A DNA stretch of 64,000 nt from Bdellovibrionota bacterium (GTDB lineage Bacteria; Bdellovibrionota_C; UBA2361; CALJRW01), in assembly GCA_041740355.1 (NCBI GenBank), contig JBGSMD010000011.1, forward strand, positions 1-64,000. Direction: 5' to 3'. Within the stretch, counting starts at the first letter, position 1, and the number at the start of each line of letters is the position of its first letter. Made by a program: the position numbers and the translations under genes. Shown here one piece after another: positions 9,757-18,452 of this stretch. The notes beneath the pieces were generated by a model. The model was not told the DNA's origin, did no database searches, and saw nothing but the letters and a program-made list of their open reading frames with translations.

Positions 9757-11082
9757 TTAAACTAAAAGCAGTGCTGGAAATTCCAAAGCTTCTTTTAAAT
9801 GTGCTAAGAACTGTGCAGCAGTTACACCATCAATTATACGATGATCAACGGAAAGTGTTACTTTCATTTCTAACCCGATCTTAATTTCACCATCTACTAC
9901 GATTGCCTTTTCCTTCATTCCGCTTACAGCTAAGATACCACCCTGACCTGGGTTAATAATAGCAGTGAAATTTTCCACATCATACATTCCCATGTTGGAA
10001 ATACTAAATGTTCCACCAGAAAGATCGGCTGATGTTGGGCGTCCAGCTCGAGCACGGGAGATTGCGGCCCTTGTTTCAAAAGCAACATCAATCAATTTCA
10101 TTTGATCAACTTCTTTTAAAACCGGAATTAATAATCCACCATCAATTGCAGTAATAATTCCAATGTTTATTTGTGCTGGCTGATAAAGCTGTTCGCCATG
10201 CATTGCCGCATTCACGCCTGGTTCTTTTGAAAGAGCGTAGGCAGTTGCTTTGATTATGAAGTGATTTAAACTTAGCCCTTTGAACTTCTCTTTAACTTTT
10301 AACCCTTCTCTTAACTTCTTAGCTTCCCCCATGTTAATTACATTCGTCATGTAAAAATGAGGAGAAACTTGCATTGATTCCTGCATCCGCTTAGCAATTG
10401 TCGCTCGCATTTTTGTAAGGTCAGTACGTGTGCCTCCAGTAAAAGCCTTTGCAGGTACAGGAGGAAGTTTAGTTTCACTGACATTTGGAATTGAAGCAAG
10501 AGATACGGGAGCAGACGTTTTTATTGTTTCTAAATCCTTTTTAACGATTCGTCCGTTAGGACCAGTTCCATTAATATTAGTTAAATCAATTTTATTTTCT
10601 TGGGCAATTTTTTTAGCTAGGGGAGAAGCTTTTAAACGATCGGAATTTGTATTTTCAGTATTTGTAGCTGGTACTGAAGAAACTGGAGTTTCTATATTAG
10701 CTTCAGCAACATTTTCAGTCTTCACAGCAACTTGCGATGTTGGATCTGGGGCGCTGGCAGAAGCTGTATTTTCGGTCCCACTAGTTTCTGATTGAGGCGC
10801 AATTTGCGAAGTTGAATCAGGGGCACTTGCGCCGACTGTTTCTCCAGCATCACCTAAGACAGCAATGATTTCACCAACTTTGGCTACAGAGCCAGCTGGG
10901 ATAGCAATTTTTAATAAAGTGCCTGTATCAAATGATTCAATTTCAAGATTAGCTTTGTCGGTTTCAACTTCAGCCAAGATATCTCCTCTAGTGATTTGGT
11001 CACCTTCTTTTTTTAACCAAGTAAGGATTTTACCGGAATCCATCGTATCACTAAGTTGAGGCATTTTAATATCTTTGGCCAT
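9757..11082 (-). CDS. pdhC: Pyruvate dehydrogenase E2, dihydrolipoamide acetyltransferase
   Basis: Lipoyl domain ETDKA, E3-binding ASPLAKK..GTGPNGRI, catalytic DHRIIDG, FSISNMGM. Confidence 0.88.
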   Translation of the reverse strand: MAKDIKMPQLSDTMDSGKILTWLKKEGDQITRGDILAEVETDKANLEIESFDTGTLLKIAIPAGSVAKVGEIIAVLGDAGETVGASAPDSTSQIAPQSETSGTENTASASAPDPTSQVAVKTENVAEANIETPVSSVPATNTENTNSDRLKASPLAKKIAQENKIDLTNINGTGPNGRIVKKDLETIKTSAPVSLASIPNVSETKLPPVPAKAFTGGTRTDLTKMRATIAKRMQESMQVSPHFYMTNVINMGEAKKLREGLKVKEKFKGLSLNHFIIKATAYALSKEPGVNAAMHGEQLYQPAQINIGIITAIDGGLLIPVLKEVDQMKLIDVAFETRAAISRARAGRPTSADLSGGTFSISNMGMYDVENFTAIINPGQGGILAVSGMKEKAIVVDGEIKIGLEMKVTLSVDHRIIDGVTAAQFLAHLKEALEFPALLLV

Positions 11083-11373
11083 ATCTCTGTCAAAATAAAA
11101 TAGAAACTAGTTTATAGGACATATAGTGACTAAATTCAAATAACTAGGGATAGATATAATTAATTCCTCCGTTTTCTTCGATTTTAGATTTCGATATTCT
11201 CTTAGTTTTGATGAGAGGAACAAAGTCATTGAAATGATTAAAGATTGTTGTATTAAGGGAGGAGGATAGGATCAAAGTATTGTCACTTTTCTACAGATTG
11301 TCTGAGGAAATCGCGTGAAACGCCTAGCCTTTGTGAGACAAGTCGACTCGATTGTACAAGTTAACTGTCTCCA

Positions 11374-12156
11374 TCACCTACTTAGCTTAAGTGGTGCTGC
11401 CAGACGTTCCACCAGAGGTCTTTTCTGAAGTAAGACAATTAATAGGATAGCACTAAACATTATGTATTGATTGTAATATTCTTGTAACAGAAAGATACTT
11501 ATTGTTCCCACAAAATGAGTGACGCGAAGAATAATAATTGGAAAGATATAATTTGAGATAGTTAGGATATTGTGCAGGTTAGGACGCTCTTTCCTTTTAT
11601 TTAATTTGATAATGTTTAAAATGATTGGACCGCAGGCAAATATTACAACTAAAGTTTGCATAAACAATTTAGCCGGGGGGTAATTATTTTCTGCTAACAA
11701 TATAAACTGGATCGCAGTTGCAAAAACAAATAAGACTAGGATTATTAAGAGTAATCCTTTGGCGCTAATTAGATTTCGCTTACTAGGTTTAGAAAACTTG
11801 GCAAATACTTCCCAAATCATCATGAAGATTAAAAAATAGGTAGACCAAAGAAATACCTGTTGAAAGTTAATTTGCTCAGTAACTTGTGCAAAAAGGGAAT
11901 AGTGAGGCACTAAGAAGATCAGATAGTCCAACAGGAGGGTACTAGTTAAAAATACTTTGATTCTGTTAACATATAGAAAATAAAAAAAAGCCAGATAGTT
12001 GTAGTAGTTAACTTTTTTAATAAATTTTTGGCGGCGCAGTTCTTCCTCCCAAGCGAGTACTTCGGCGGGTGGCGATTTTCGCCGTTTATCGTTTAGTGCA
12101 CGCCGAATTAGTTTTCCACCAATTTCATCTGCTAAACGTTTAAAGATATTATTCAT
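11374..12156 (-). CDS. Hypothetical multipass membrane protein
   Basis: 260-aa ORF with ~6-7 hydrophobic segments. Confidence 0.55.
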   Translation of the reverse strand: MNNIFKRLADEIGGKLIRRALNDKRRKSPPAEVLAWEEELRRQKFIKKVNYYNYLAFFYFLYVNRIKVFLTSTLLLDYLIFLVPHYSLFAQVTEQINFQQVFLWSTYFLIFMMIWEVFAKFSKPSKRNLISAKGLLLIILVLFVFATAIQFILLAENNYPPAKLFMQTLVVIFACGPIILNIIKLNKRKERPNLHNILTISNYIFPIIILRVTHFVGTISIFLLQEYYNQYIMFSAILLIVLLQKRPLVERLAAPLKLSR

Positions 12157-12277
12157 TTAGTTCTTCTTAAGTATTGCCTAATTCATGGTTCATGGTTTTA
12201 ACACTGTGGTTGTCAGCAAGATAAATAGTTAATAATTGCCTTTTATCTAACTCCTCATTACTGTAATCTCTTAAGCA

Positions 12278-13591
12278 ATGAAAACCGATCCACAATACTT
12301 AACTATTACTAGACTTTGCCAGTATTATAATACGGTACTAGAGCAGTATTGTGGAACTGTGTATTTCGAGGGTGAGGTTTCAAGTGTCAGTGTCGGGGCT
12401 AGACACCACCATTATATCAAAATAAAGGATCAAAACAGTGCTGTTTCTGCAATTATCTGGGGCAGTTATGCCCAGACGTTGAAGTTTAAATTGGAAGTTG
12501 GACAAAAAGTACTCTGTCAAGGAAGTCCTCAAATTTATCCGGCACGAGGAGACCTTTCCACAATTATCACCAGTATTAAATTAGCGGGACAAGGTGATTT
12601 GCAGCAAAAATTTTTAGAACTAAAAGAGAAACTTCAAGCCGAAGGTCTTTTTGATCTGGCACGCAAGCGAAAATTACCTTTTTTACCCACCTCAATTGGA
12701 ATTATTACTTCGGCAACAGGTGCAGTCATTCATGATATGTCTGTAAAATTTGCGGAACGTTATCCAAGTATTAAAATTTATTTGTATGATGCTCGAGTTC
12801 AAGGCGAGGGAGCTTATCGGGAGTTAATTTCCGGACTACAATATTTCAATCAGCAAAATAAAGTTGATCTGATAATTTTAGCTCGTGGGGGAGGATCTTT
12901 AGAGGACCTCTGGAATTTTAATGAAGAAGCTTTGGTTAGAGCAATTTTCGCCTCAAACTTGCCTGTAGTTTCAGCAGTCGGGCATGAACCTGATATCTCA
13001 CTATCAGACTTGGTTGCAGATTTACGAGCACCAACTCCTACCGCCGCTGCTGAATTTACAGTTCCAAAGTTGAAAGACTTATTAATACATCTTGAAAAAC
13101 AACTTAATCGTTTAAACCAGTTTGAGCGGTGGGTAATGAACTATTGGCAAAAATTTGAGTATTTGTCAGAAAAGTTTTTTAATTCTAAATCTAATTACCT
13201 TCAAGGACTTCAACAACAGCTACTGCATTTTCAAAGAATTTTAAAATTAGTTGAACCTCGAAATCTAATTTATAATAAGAAGCAGCAGCTAACGAATCAG
13301 CTTAAAAACTTAAATACGAGTTATCAAAATATTCTACAAATTAATCAAAGAAAATTTTTGGTACTTGGTAATTTGGCTGAGCACTTCAGAAAGTCATTAA
13401 ATACTCAACAACAATATCTTCTTGAAAAGGAAAAGCACTTGGCGGCTATTAATCCCATTAGTATTTTAGCTCGTGGTTTTAGTATTGTGAAGAAAAAGGG
13501 AAATTACATTCGCGAAGCTTCGGAAGTGAGTGTGAACGATCAATTAGAAGTGCAATTAGCGAAGGGTACGATTAACGTTATTGTAAAATAG
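12278..13591 (+). CDS. xseA: Exodeoxyribonuclease VII large subunit
   Basis: OB-fold N-terminus, ARGGGSLEDLW, SAVGHEPD, APTPTAAAE, LARGFS. Confidence 0.97.
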   Translation: MKTDPQYLTITRLCQYYNTVLEQYCGTVYFEGEVSSVSVGARHHHYIKIKDQNSAVSAIIWGSYAQTLKFKLEVGQKVLCQGSPQIYPARGDLSTIITSIKLAGQGDLQQKFLELKEKLQAEGLFDLARKRKLPFLPTSIGIITSATGAVIHDMSVKFAERYPSIKIYLYDARVQGEGAYRELISGLQYFNQQNKVDLIILARGGGSLEDLWNFNEEALVRAIFASNLPVVSAVGHEPDISLSDLVADLRAPTPTAAAEFTVPKLKDLLIHLEKQLNRLNQFERWVMNYWQKFEYLSEKFFNSKSNYLQGLQQQLLHFQRILKLVEPRNLIYNKKQQLTNQLKNLNTSYQNILQINQRKFLVLGNLAEHFRKSLNTQQQYLLEKEKHLAAINPISILARGFSIVKKKGNYIREASEVSVNDQLEVQLAKGTINVIVK

Positions 13592-13593
13592 GA

Positions 13594-13842
13594 ATGAATA
13601 TGGAAAAAAATATAAATATTGAAGGTTTGTTAAAGCAAGACTTTGATAAAATTAAGAACAAGATTAGCTTTGAAGTAGGTACAGAGTTATTGGAAGAGTT
13701 AATTCAAAAAGTGGAATCAGGGGAGTTGCCACTTGAACAAGCCGTTGCTTCCTATGAGTTAGGATCCAAGCTTCATCAACATTTAAAAGGGTTGTTAGGG
13801 GATGCCGAGAAGAAGTTAGAGATTATTAAGGTGAATGAGTAG
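13594..13842 (+). CDS. xseB: Exodeoxyribonuclease VII small subunit
   Basis: SFE...LEELIQKVESGELPLEQAVASYELG; directly after xseA. Confidence 0.92.
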   Translation: MNMEKNINIEGLLKQDFDKIKNKISFEVGTELLEELIQKVESGELPLEQAVASYELGSKLHQHLKGLLGDAEKKLEIIKVNE

Positions 13843-13890
13843 ATTGAATGATCCTTATTATAGGCAGAACTTAGTAAGTCTTATTGGCAA

Positions 13891-15327
13891 TTAATGGATC
13901 ATCTGCTCCATAACTTTATCTAGATCCGCTGTCTGATTTAAAAAAAGATAGAGGTCGATAATTTTTTTATAATAATTAAAATACAATTGGTTTCTTTCCA
14001 GCTCTAAGTCAAGAAGCATGCCATTACGTTGGTTAATTAGAAATAAATTGAGGTTACCGCTTTGATAGCTAATCAATTCAGCATCAAGTAATCTTCTAAT
14101 TATGTTGATCTCTCGATCTGTAATGTTTATTAACTCTATGTTAGTTTGCAGATCTTGAAGATATCCAAATAACTCAGTACTAAGATTTTGTTCAAGTAAT
14201 TTTAAGCTCAATCCAATATTCTCTAATCTAATCTTGGCAATTGATAAGTCTGCATTAGCTTCTCGATTAAATATTGGAAAGTTAAGTTGTATAATATTCT
14301 TTAAGCTATTTCTAGTTTCTTCTTCTGGGCCATCACCATTTGCTTTGCTATATTCTAGGCGATAGTTCAATTCAGGAAGGGTTTGATTGTTAGCAAATTG
14401 CAATTCAATATTAGCAAGCTTTAATTGTTCTAAGATTATCAAGAAGTCTGGGCGATTTGCAAAAACATCCTTCACAAGCTCTCCAAAAGAAGCCGACTCT
14501 TTGTAAAGTTCTTTTTGGCTTTTCGGCAATTGGCATTTAGTAATATTTTCTCCAATATTTCCCAGATAAAGTTTATTAATCAAATTTAATTGCTTATCTA
14601 ACTCGTTGTTTTGAACTTTCATTAAACTTTGGTTCTTAAGTAAAAACCGTTCAAATTCAATTAGGTCATTCTGAGGACTTAGTCCTGATGTAACTTGTTT
14701 CTCAATTAGATCTTTTTGTCCTTTTAAATTTACTAATGATTTGTAAATGATATTTATATTTTCATTAGACATTACGGTACTAACAAATGTCTCGCTAAAA
14801 GCACTAGTTAGATTGATTTGATTGTTAAAAACTAAAAGGTTGTTAATTTTAATATCAATTTCTCTCTGCTTCTCTTGTAAACGCTTTTCATCAATTCGCA
14901 TATTGCGAAGTAAGGGAATAGTAATCCCCGTGAAGAATTCCCCGCGGCTCGCTGTTTGGTAAATATTTTCATATATCGGAAAACTACCTGAGCCATCTCG
15001 ATAGCCCATATCAATAGTGCTCCCTAACAATCGATTCTTTTTTGAAAGAAATAGTTGATTTGAAGTTCCACTATAGTAACTATTCCCATAAAATCTTGAA
15101 TCAAAACCAAGTAATGGGTCAAACGATGCGGCCGAGATTTTTAATTGCTCTTTACTAAGTTCTAAATTGTTCTCAGCAATTTTAATACTAGGAAAATTTG
15201 CAGTCAGGTCATTAATCGTCTCTTGAAAACGTTTTGAACCAAAGATAGAACATTCGGCATTTATTTTACTGCTGAAAAAAATAAGAATAAATATTAATAA
15301 TATTTTATACAATTGGTGGCACTCCAC
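13891..15327 (-). CDS. TolC-family outer membrane efflux protein
   Basis: Signal peptide, twofold internal repeat (ITIPLLR / LNFPIFNR), NRPD and NQTLPEL motifs; downstream of a HlyD-family gene. Confidence 0.85.
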   Translation of the reverse strand: MECHQLYKILLIFILIFFSSKINAECSIFGSKRFQETINDLTANFPSIKIAENNLELSKEQLKISAASFDPLLGFDSRFYGNSYYSGTSNQLFLSKKNRLLGSTIDMGYRDGSGSFPIYENIYQTASRGEFFTGITIPLLRNMRIDEKRLQEKQREIDIKINNLLVFNNQINLTSAFSETFVSTVMSNENINIIYKSLVNLKGQKDLIEKQVTSGLSPQNDLIEFERFLLKNQSLMKVQNNELDKQLNLINKLYLGNIGENITKCQLPKSQKELYKESASFGELVKDVFANRPDFLIILEQLKLANIELQFANNQTLPELNYRLEYSKANGDGPEEETRNSLKNIIQLNFPIFNREANADLSIAKIRLENIGLSLKLLEQNLSTELFGYLQDLQTNIELINITDREINIIRRLLDAELISYQSGNLNLFLINQRNGMLLDLELERNQLYFNYYKKIIDLYLFLNQTADLDKVMEQMIH

Positions 15328-16315
15328 TGATTAGTCTCCATATTTCCCACCAGACAGGTACTCTTTTTAGCTGAATCCAGCCCTCAGCTTTAGTCCCCAT
15401 TCGGAGAAGATCTTCTGGCCAAGAGGGATTTCCATTAGGAAGAACTATAATTCTAAAGTTACCTTGACCATCATCGCCAGCATCAATTATTTTAATCTGT
15501 CCTTCAAAAGTGCCGACTGCAATTGATGGCCATCCAGCAACTTGCACAGCTGGCCAACCATCAAAAACTAACCTGACTTTTTGTAGCTCTTTGATTAATG
15601 CCAAATCTTTACCTTTAATTACAAGCTCAACAGCGAGTTGATTATTACTAGGTATGATTTTTGCTAGTTTCTCTCCTAAAGATATGAAACTGTTTTGTTC
15701 TTGTGCCAAGATTTGCATTATCGTTCCGTCAAATTGTGCTAGGACTTCTTGGCTTTCTTGTTTAGAAAGTTCTGAATCAATTTCTAATTTTGTTAGTTCT
15801 AATTGATTAATTTGATTATTTACTTTTAGTAAATCAATTTCTGCGAGTTCTAGTTCACGTTTTGACTCTGCTCCATATTTTAGCAGTTTTTTAATTCGCT
15901 CAACATGGATTTGAGATATTCTTTTATTCTCATTCAAAGTACTAATTTTATCCTCGATGGTATTCTTTTTGGACTGTATTCTTTCTAGTCTTTGGGGATC
16001 TAAAGCAACTATTGTTACAATAGGATTTCCTTTCTTTACTTTATCGCCCTCATTGACATGCCATTTTTTTATTCTACCCTCGATCGGAGATTCAATCATT
16101 TGACGGCGCATATTTGGATCAAAGGCGATCACACGACCTTGCCCCTTAACTATTGGCACCCATCTTGCAAATAGCATTAAAATTAATGCTAGTATGATTA
16201 TTAACTTGAAGTAACTTAATATTTTTCGAGAAATTGAAGATGGATCTAGGTACGTATTGATCTTATAGTCTTTAATTAATTCCTTGTAAGACTTAATCAT
16301 TACTTTTAACCTCAA
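15305..16315 (-). CDS. HlyD-family membrane fusion protein
   Basis: N-terminal TM, IESPIEGRIKKWHVNEGDKVKKG lipoyl-like half motif, coiled coil, FDGWPAVQ..GWP. Confidence 0.9.
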   Translation of the reverse strand: MRLKVMIKSYKELIKDYKINTYLDPSSISRKILSYFKLIIILALILMLFARWVPIVKGQGRVIAFDPNMRRQMIESPIEGRIKKWHVNEGDKVKKGNPIVTIVALDPQRLERIQSKKNTIEDKISTLNENKRISQIHVERIKKLLKYGAESKRELELAEIDLLKVNNQINQLELTKLEIDSELSKQESQEVLAQFDGTIMQILAQEQNSFISLGEKLAKIIPSNNQLAVELVIKGKDLALIKELQKVRLVFDGWPAVQVAGWPSIAVGTFEGQIKIIDAGDDGQGNFRIIVLPNGNPSWPEDLLRMGTKAEGWIQLKRVPVWWEIWRLISGVPPIV

Positions 16316-17255
16316 TTAAGGAGTGAAACTTATCAAATGATACGATAACACTTAAAATACTATCAAGGTTTGTAACTAGTTTATGGATGCTGGCTAGAAT
16401 GTAAGTAAGGACTAATTCGGCAGATACGAATTGTCCAATAGACAAGGTACCATCAAATATTAATTTGGCACTTATATAAATAAAAAATGCCTGTACAAAT
16501 GGTATTAAGAGAGCAATCAGGCAATTTTTAAAAAAAATAATCTTGAAGTATTTGGAGCTATTCTTTAAGTAGTTTTTAGACATCCTTTTAAAGTATGCTT
16601 CGGTTGAGCTGGGCGTTTCATTAATGTTCTTTATTTCTTCAGCTCTTTGTATTAAATGCTCAACAATTCGATACTTGATATCCGACATATGGCTTTTATA
16701 TGCCAAAGCATCAGCTAGAAATAGTCCAAACAACATAATTAAGACTAGGATCAGGGATAAAGCATAAATAAGATAGTAAGGATGGTAGGATACTATAATA
16801 ATTAAGCCAAAAAAGAGCACGATCAAGGTATGACTTAGTTCATAGATCAGCTTAACGATATTTTCTCCGACCGGAACAAGCTCAAGAAATCTTGAATATT
16901 GCCTGCTCGAGATCGCAGTATTCAATTGTTTATCTAGGGCATTTAAGACTCTATACAGGTTATTAATAAATATTCTTCGACAGATTAATTCCGAAAAATA
17001 GTAATTTAATACAACCATGAAATAAGCTGAAAGTAATAATCCAAAGATGATTATTGATATCAGTATTATTGGGCTTTGCAGGTTTAGATTTAAGTAATTT
17101 CCAACTAGATATTGGATAAAGAAAGGAACTATTAGCAAAAATATATTTGATAGTAGGACACCAAAAATAATTTTTCCGATTAAATTTTTCTCAGACCTTA
17201 GAAATTCCTTAAGAAGTAACAAGATTCGATAATAGGCATCTTTTTTCTCAATCAT
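16293..17255 (-). CDS. ABC exporter transmembrane domain only (no ATPase domain)
   Basis: 320 aa, ~6 TM; LIVPFFIQYLV and GTLSIGQFVSAELV typical of type I secretion ABC TMDs; no Walker A/LSGGQ. Confidence 0.75.
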   Translation of the reverse strand: MIEKKDAYYRILLLLKEFLRSEKNLIGKIIFGVLLSNIFLLIVPFFIQYLVGNYLNLNLQSPIILISIIIFGLLLSAYFMVVLNYYFSELICRRIFINNLYRVLNALDKQLNTAISSRQYSRFLELVPVGENIVKLIYELSHTLIVLFFGLIIIVSYHPYYLIYALSLILVLIMLFGLFLADALAYKSHMSDIKYRIVEHLIQRAEEIKNINETPSSTEAYFKRMSKNYLKNSSKYFKIIFFKNCLIALLIPFVQAFFIYISAKLIFDGTLSIGQFVSAELVLTYILASIHKLVTNLDSILSVIVSFDKFHSLIEVKSND

Positions 17256-17340
17256 GACTCTTTTTGGATTAGTTTAATGGCCTTTCTTATTGCCCTAGGG
17301 GACAGAATGAGAAGGCTTTATCAGTTGGCCTAAAGGACAA

Positions 17341-17748
17341 TAAATTAAATCACTTCGTTCTTCAATTTAAACTTCGCATTTAAGAAGTATAGGCCTTAAT
17401 TCTCTCTACTACGTATCGGAATTAAGTACGGTCACATAAGTACAGTCAATGTGACAGGTATCTAGTACCGCTTAATTCTCTCTACTACGTATCGGAATTA
17501 AGTACGGTCACATAAGTACGGTCAATGTGACAGGTATCTAGTACCGCTTAATTCTCTCTACTACGTATCGGAATTAAGTACGGTCACATAAGTACAGTCA
17601 ATGTGATAGGTATCTAGGACCGCTTAATTCTTATTACTTCGTAATAAAATTAAGATTTTAGGCCGATAAATTGAATCACTTCGTTCTTCAATTTAAACGC
17701 GCTTTAGAAAGTAGGCCTTAATCCTCAATACTTTGTATTGGAATTAAG
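17341..17748. repeat. Composite palindromic (REP/BIME-like) array containing a 76-bp x3 tandem repeat
   Basis: 76-bp units at 17395-17470, 17471-17546, 17547-17622; each starts with CTTAATTC...GAATTAAG; two further degenerate copies of that palindrome and two copies of TAAATTRAATCACTTCGTTCTTCAATTTAAAC. Confidence 0.92.
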
Positions 17749-17750
17749 AT

Positions 17751-17804
17751 GCCTTTCATCTTTTTTAGGTATACCTATCGGCATACCTAAAAAAGATGAA
17801 AGGC
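17751..17804. terminator. Perfect 22-bp inverted repeat at the tRNA-Cys 3' end (terminator/processing hairpin)
   Basis: GCCTTTCATCTTTTTTAGGTAT (17751-17772) / ATACCTAAAAAAGATGAAAGGC (17783-17804), 10-nt loop; terminator function is inferred. Confidence 0.55.
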
Positions 17805-17873
17805 CCGAGTGGGAGTCGAACCCACGAATGATGGTTTTGCAAACCATTGCCTTAGCCACTTGGCGATCGAGCC
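17801..17873 (-). tRNA. tRNA-Cys(GCA), CCA not encoded
   Basis: GGCTCGA/TCGGGCC acceptor stem, ATGGT-TTGCAAA-ACCAT anticodon arm, GTGGG-TTCGACT-CCCAC T arm, U discriminator. Confidence 0.97.
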
Positions 17874-17885
17874 GATACTAATCAG

Positions 17886-17913
17886 AGTATATTAAAATTC
17901 TTATTTTTAGCAA
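17886..17913 (-). promoter_or_regulatory. Putative sigma70 promoter of tRNA-Cys
   Basis: TTGCTA-N16-TATACT, 12 nt upstream of the tRNA 5' end. Confidence 0.55.
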
Positions 17914-18452
17914 ATCTCAACTCTTCACGTAATTTGTAAAAAGTGGATCCCCTTGGAGGAGGGCAATTTACATGTAAATTTGCTGTTCTTGTCCTTCGGA
18001 GCATTTTTTGTCTGCTAACATGGCTTTCAAGCTTCAGCCAAGGTGCAACTTTAGCAGGTGAGGAAGCAAAATAAGAGACACTAGCGGTTTACATTACAGT
18101 AGAAAATCATTTCCGCGGTTGCACTTTGTACTAAGGAGTGAGGGGCAGATTTTGACCATGGAACGAGTTAGTTTTTTGCTCTTTAAAAATCTTTTCAAAT
18201 GACATTTGCTTTCCTCGTGAACGGATACCGCAAGTCTTACAAATCGGATGTAATTCTTTCCATTCACTTGCCTGATATTTGCATGAATATTCTAAAACCA
18301 ATTAGGTAGTACTAAGCCGATTTGAAAATGCTTCCAGCGAGCTGCGCCTTGATACTAGATGACTAATTTATGAAAACTATAATTTCAATCTCGCCTAGTA
18401 TAAATAGCCGAATTCACTTATATTAGATTGACTTCTTAATATTAAAGATAAA

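Noticed and set aside
17395-17622. Tandem repeat as an integrated product of the RT ncRNA
   Set aside because: No sequence similarity seen between the 76-bp unit and 28703-28837.
17395-17654. CRISPR array (32-bp palindromic repeat with 44-bp spacers)
   Set aside because: The spacers are near-identical to each other and there are no cas genes in the window; it is a tandem repeat.
13843-17873. Genomic island integrated at tRNA-Cys
   Set aside because: No integrase, and no duplicate of the tRNA 3' end was seen near the xseB boundary.
17920-18380. Possible degraded gene between tRNA-Cys and the P-type ATPase
   Set aside because: Only short stop-interrupted minus-strand frames with no recognisable motif.
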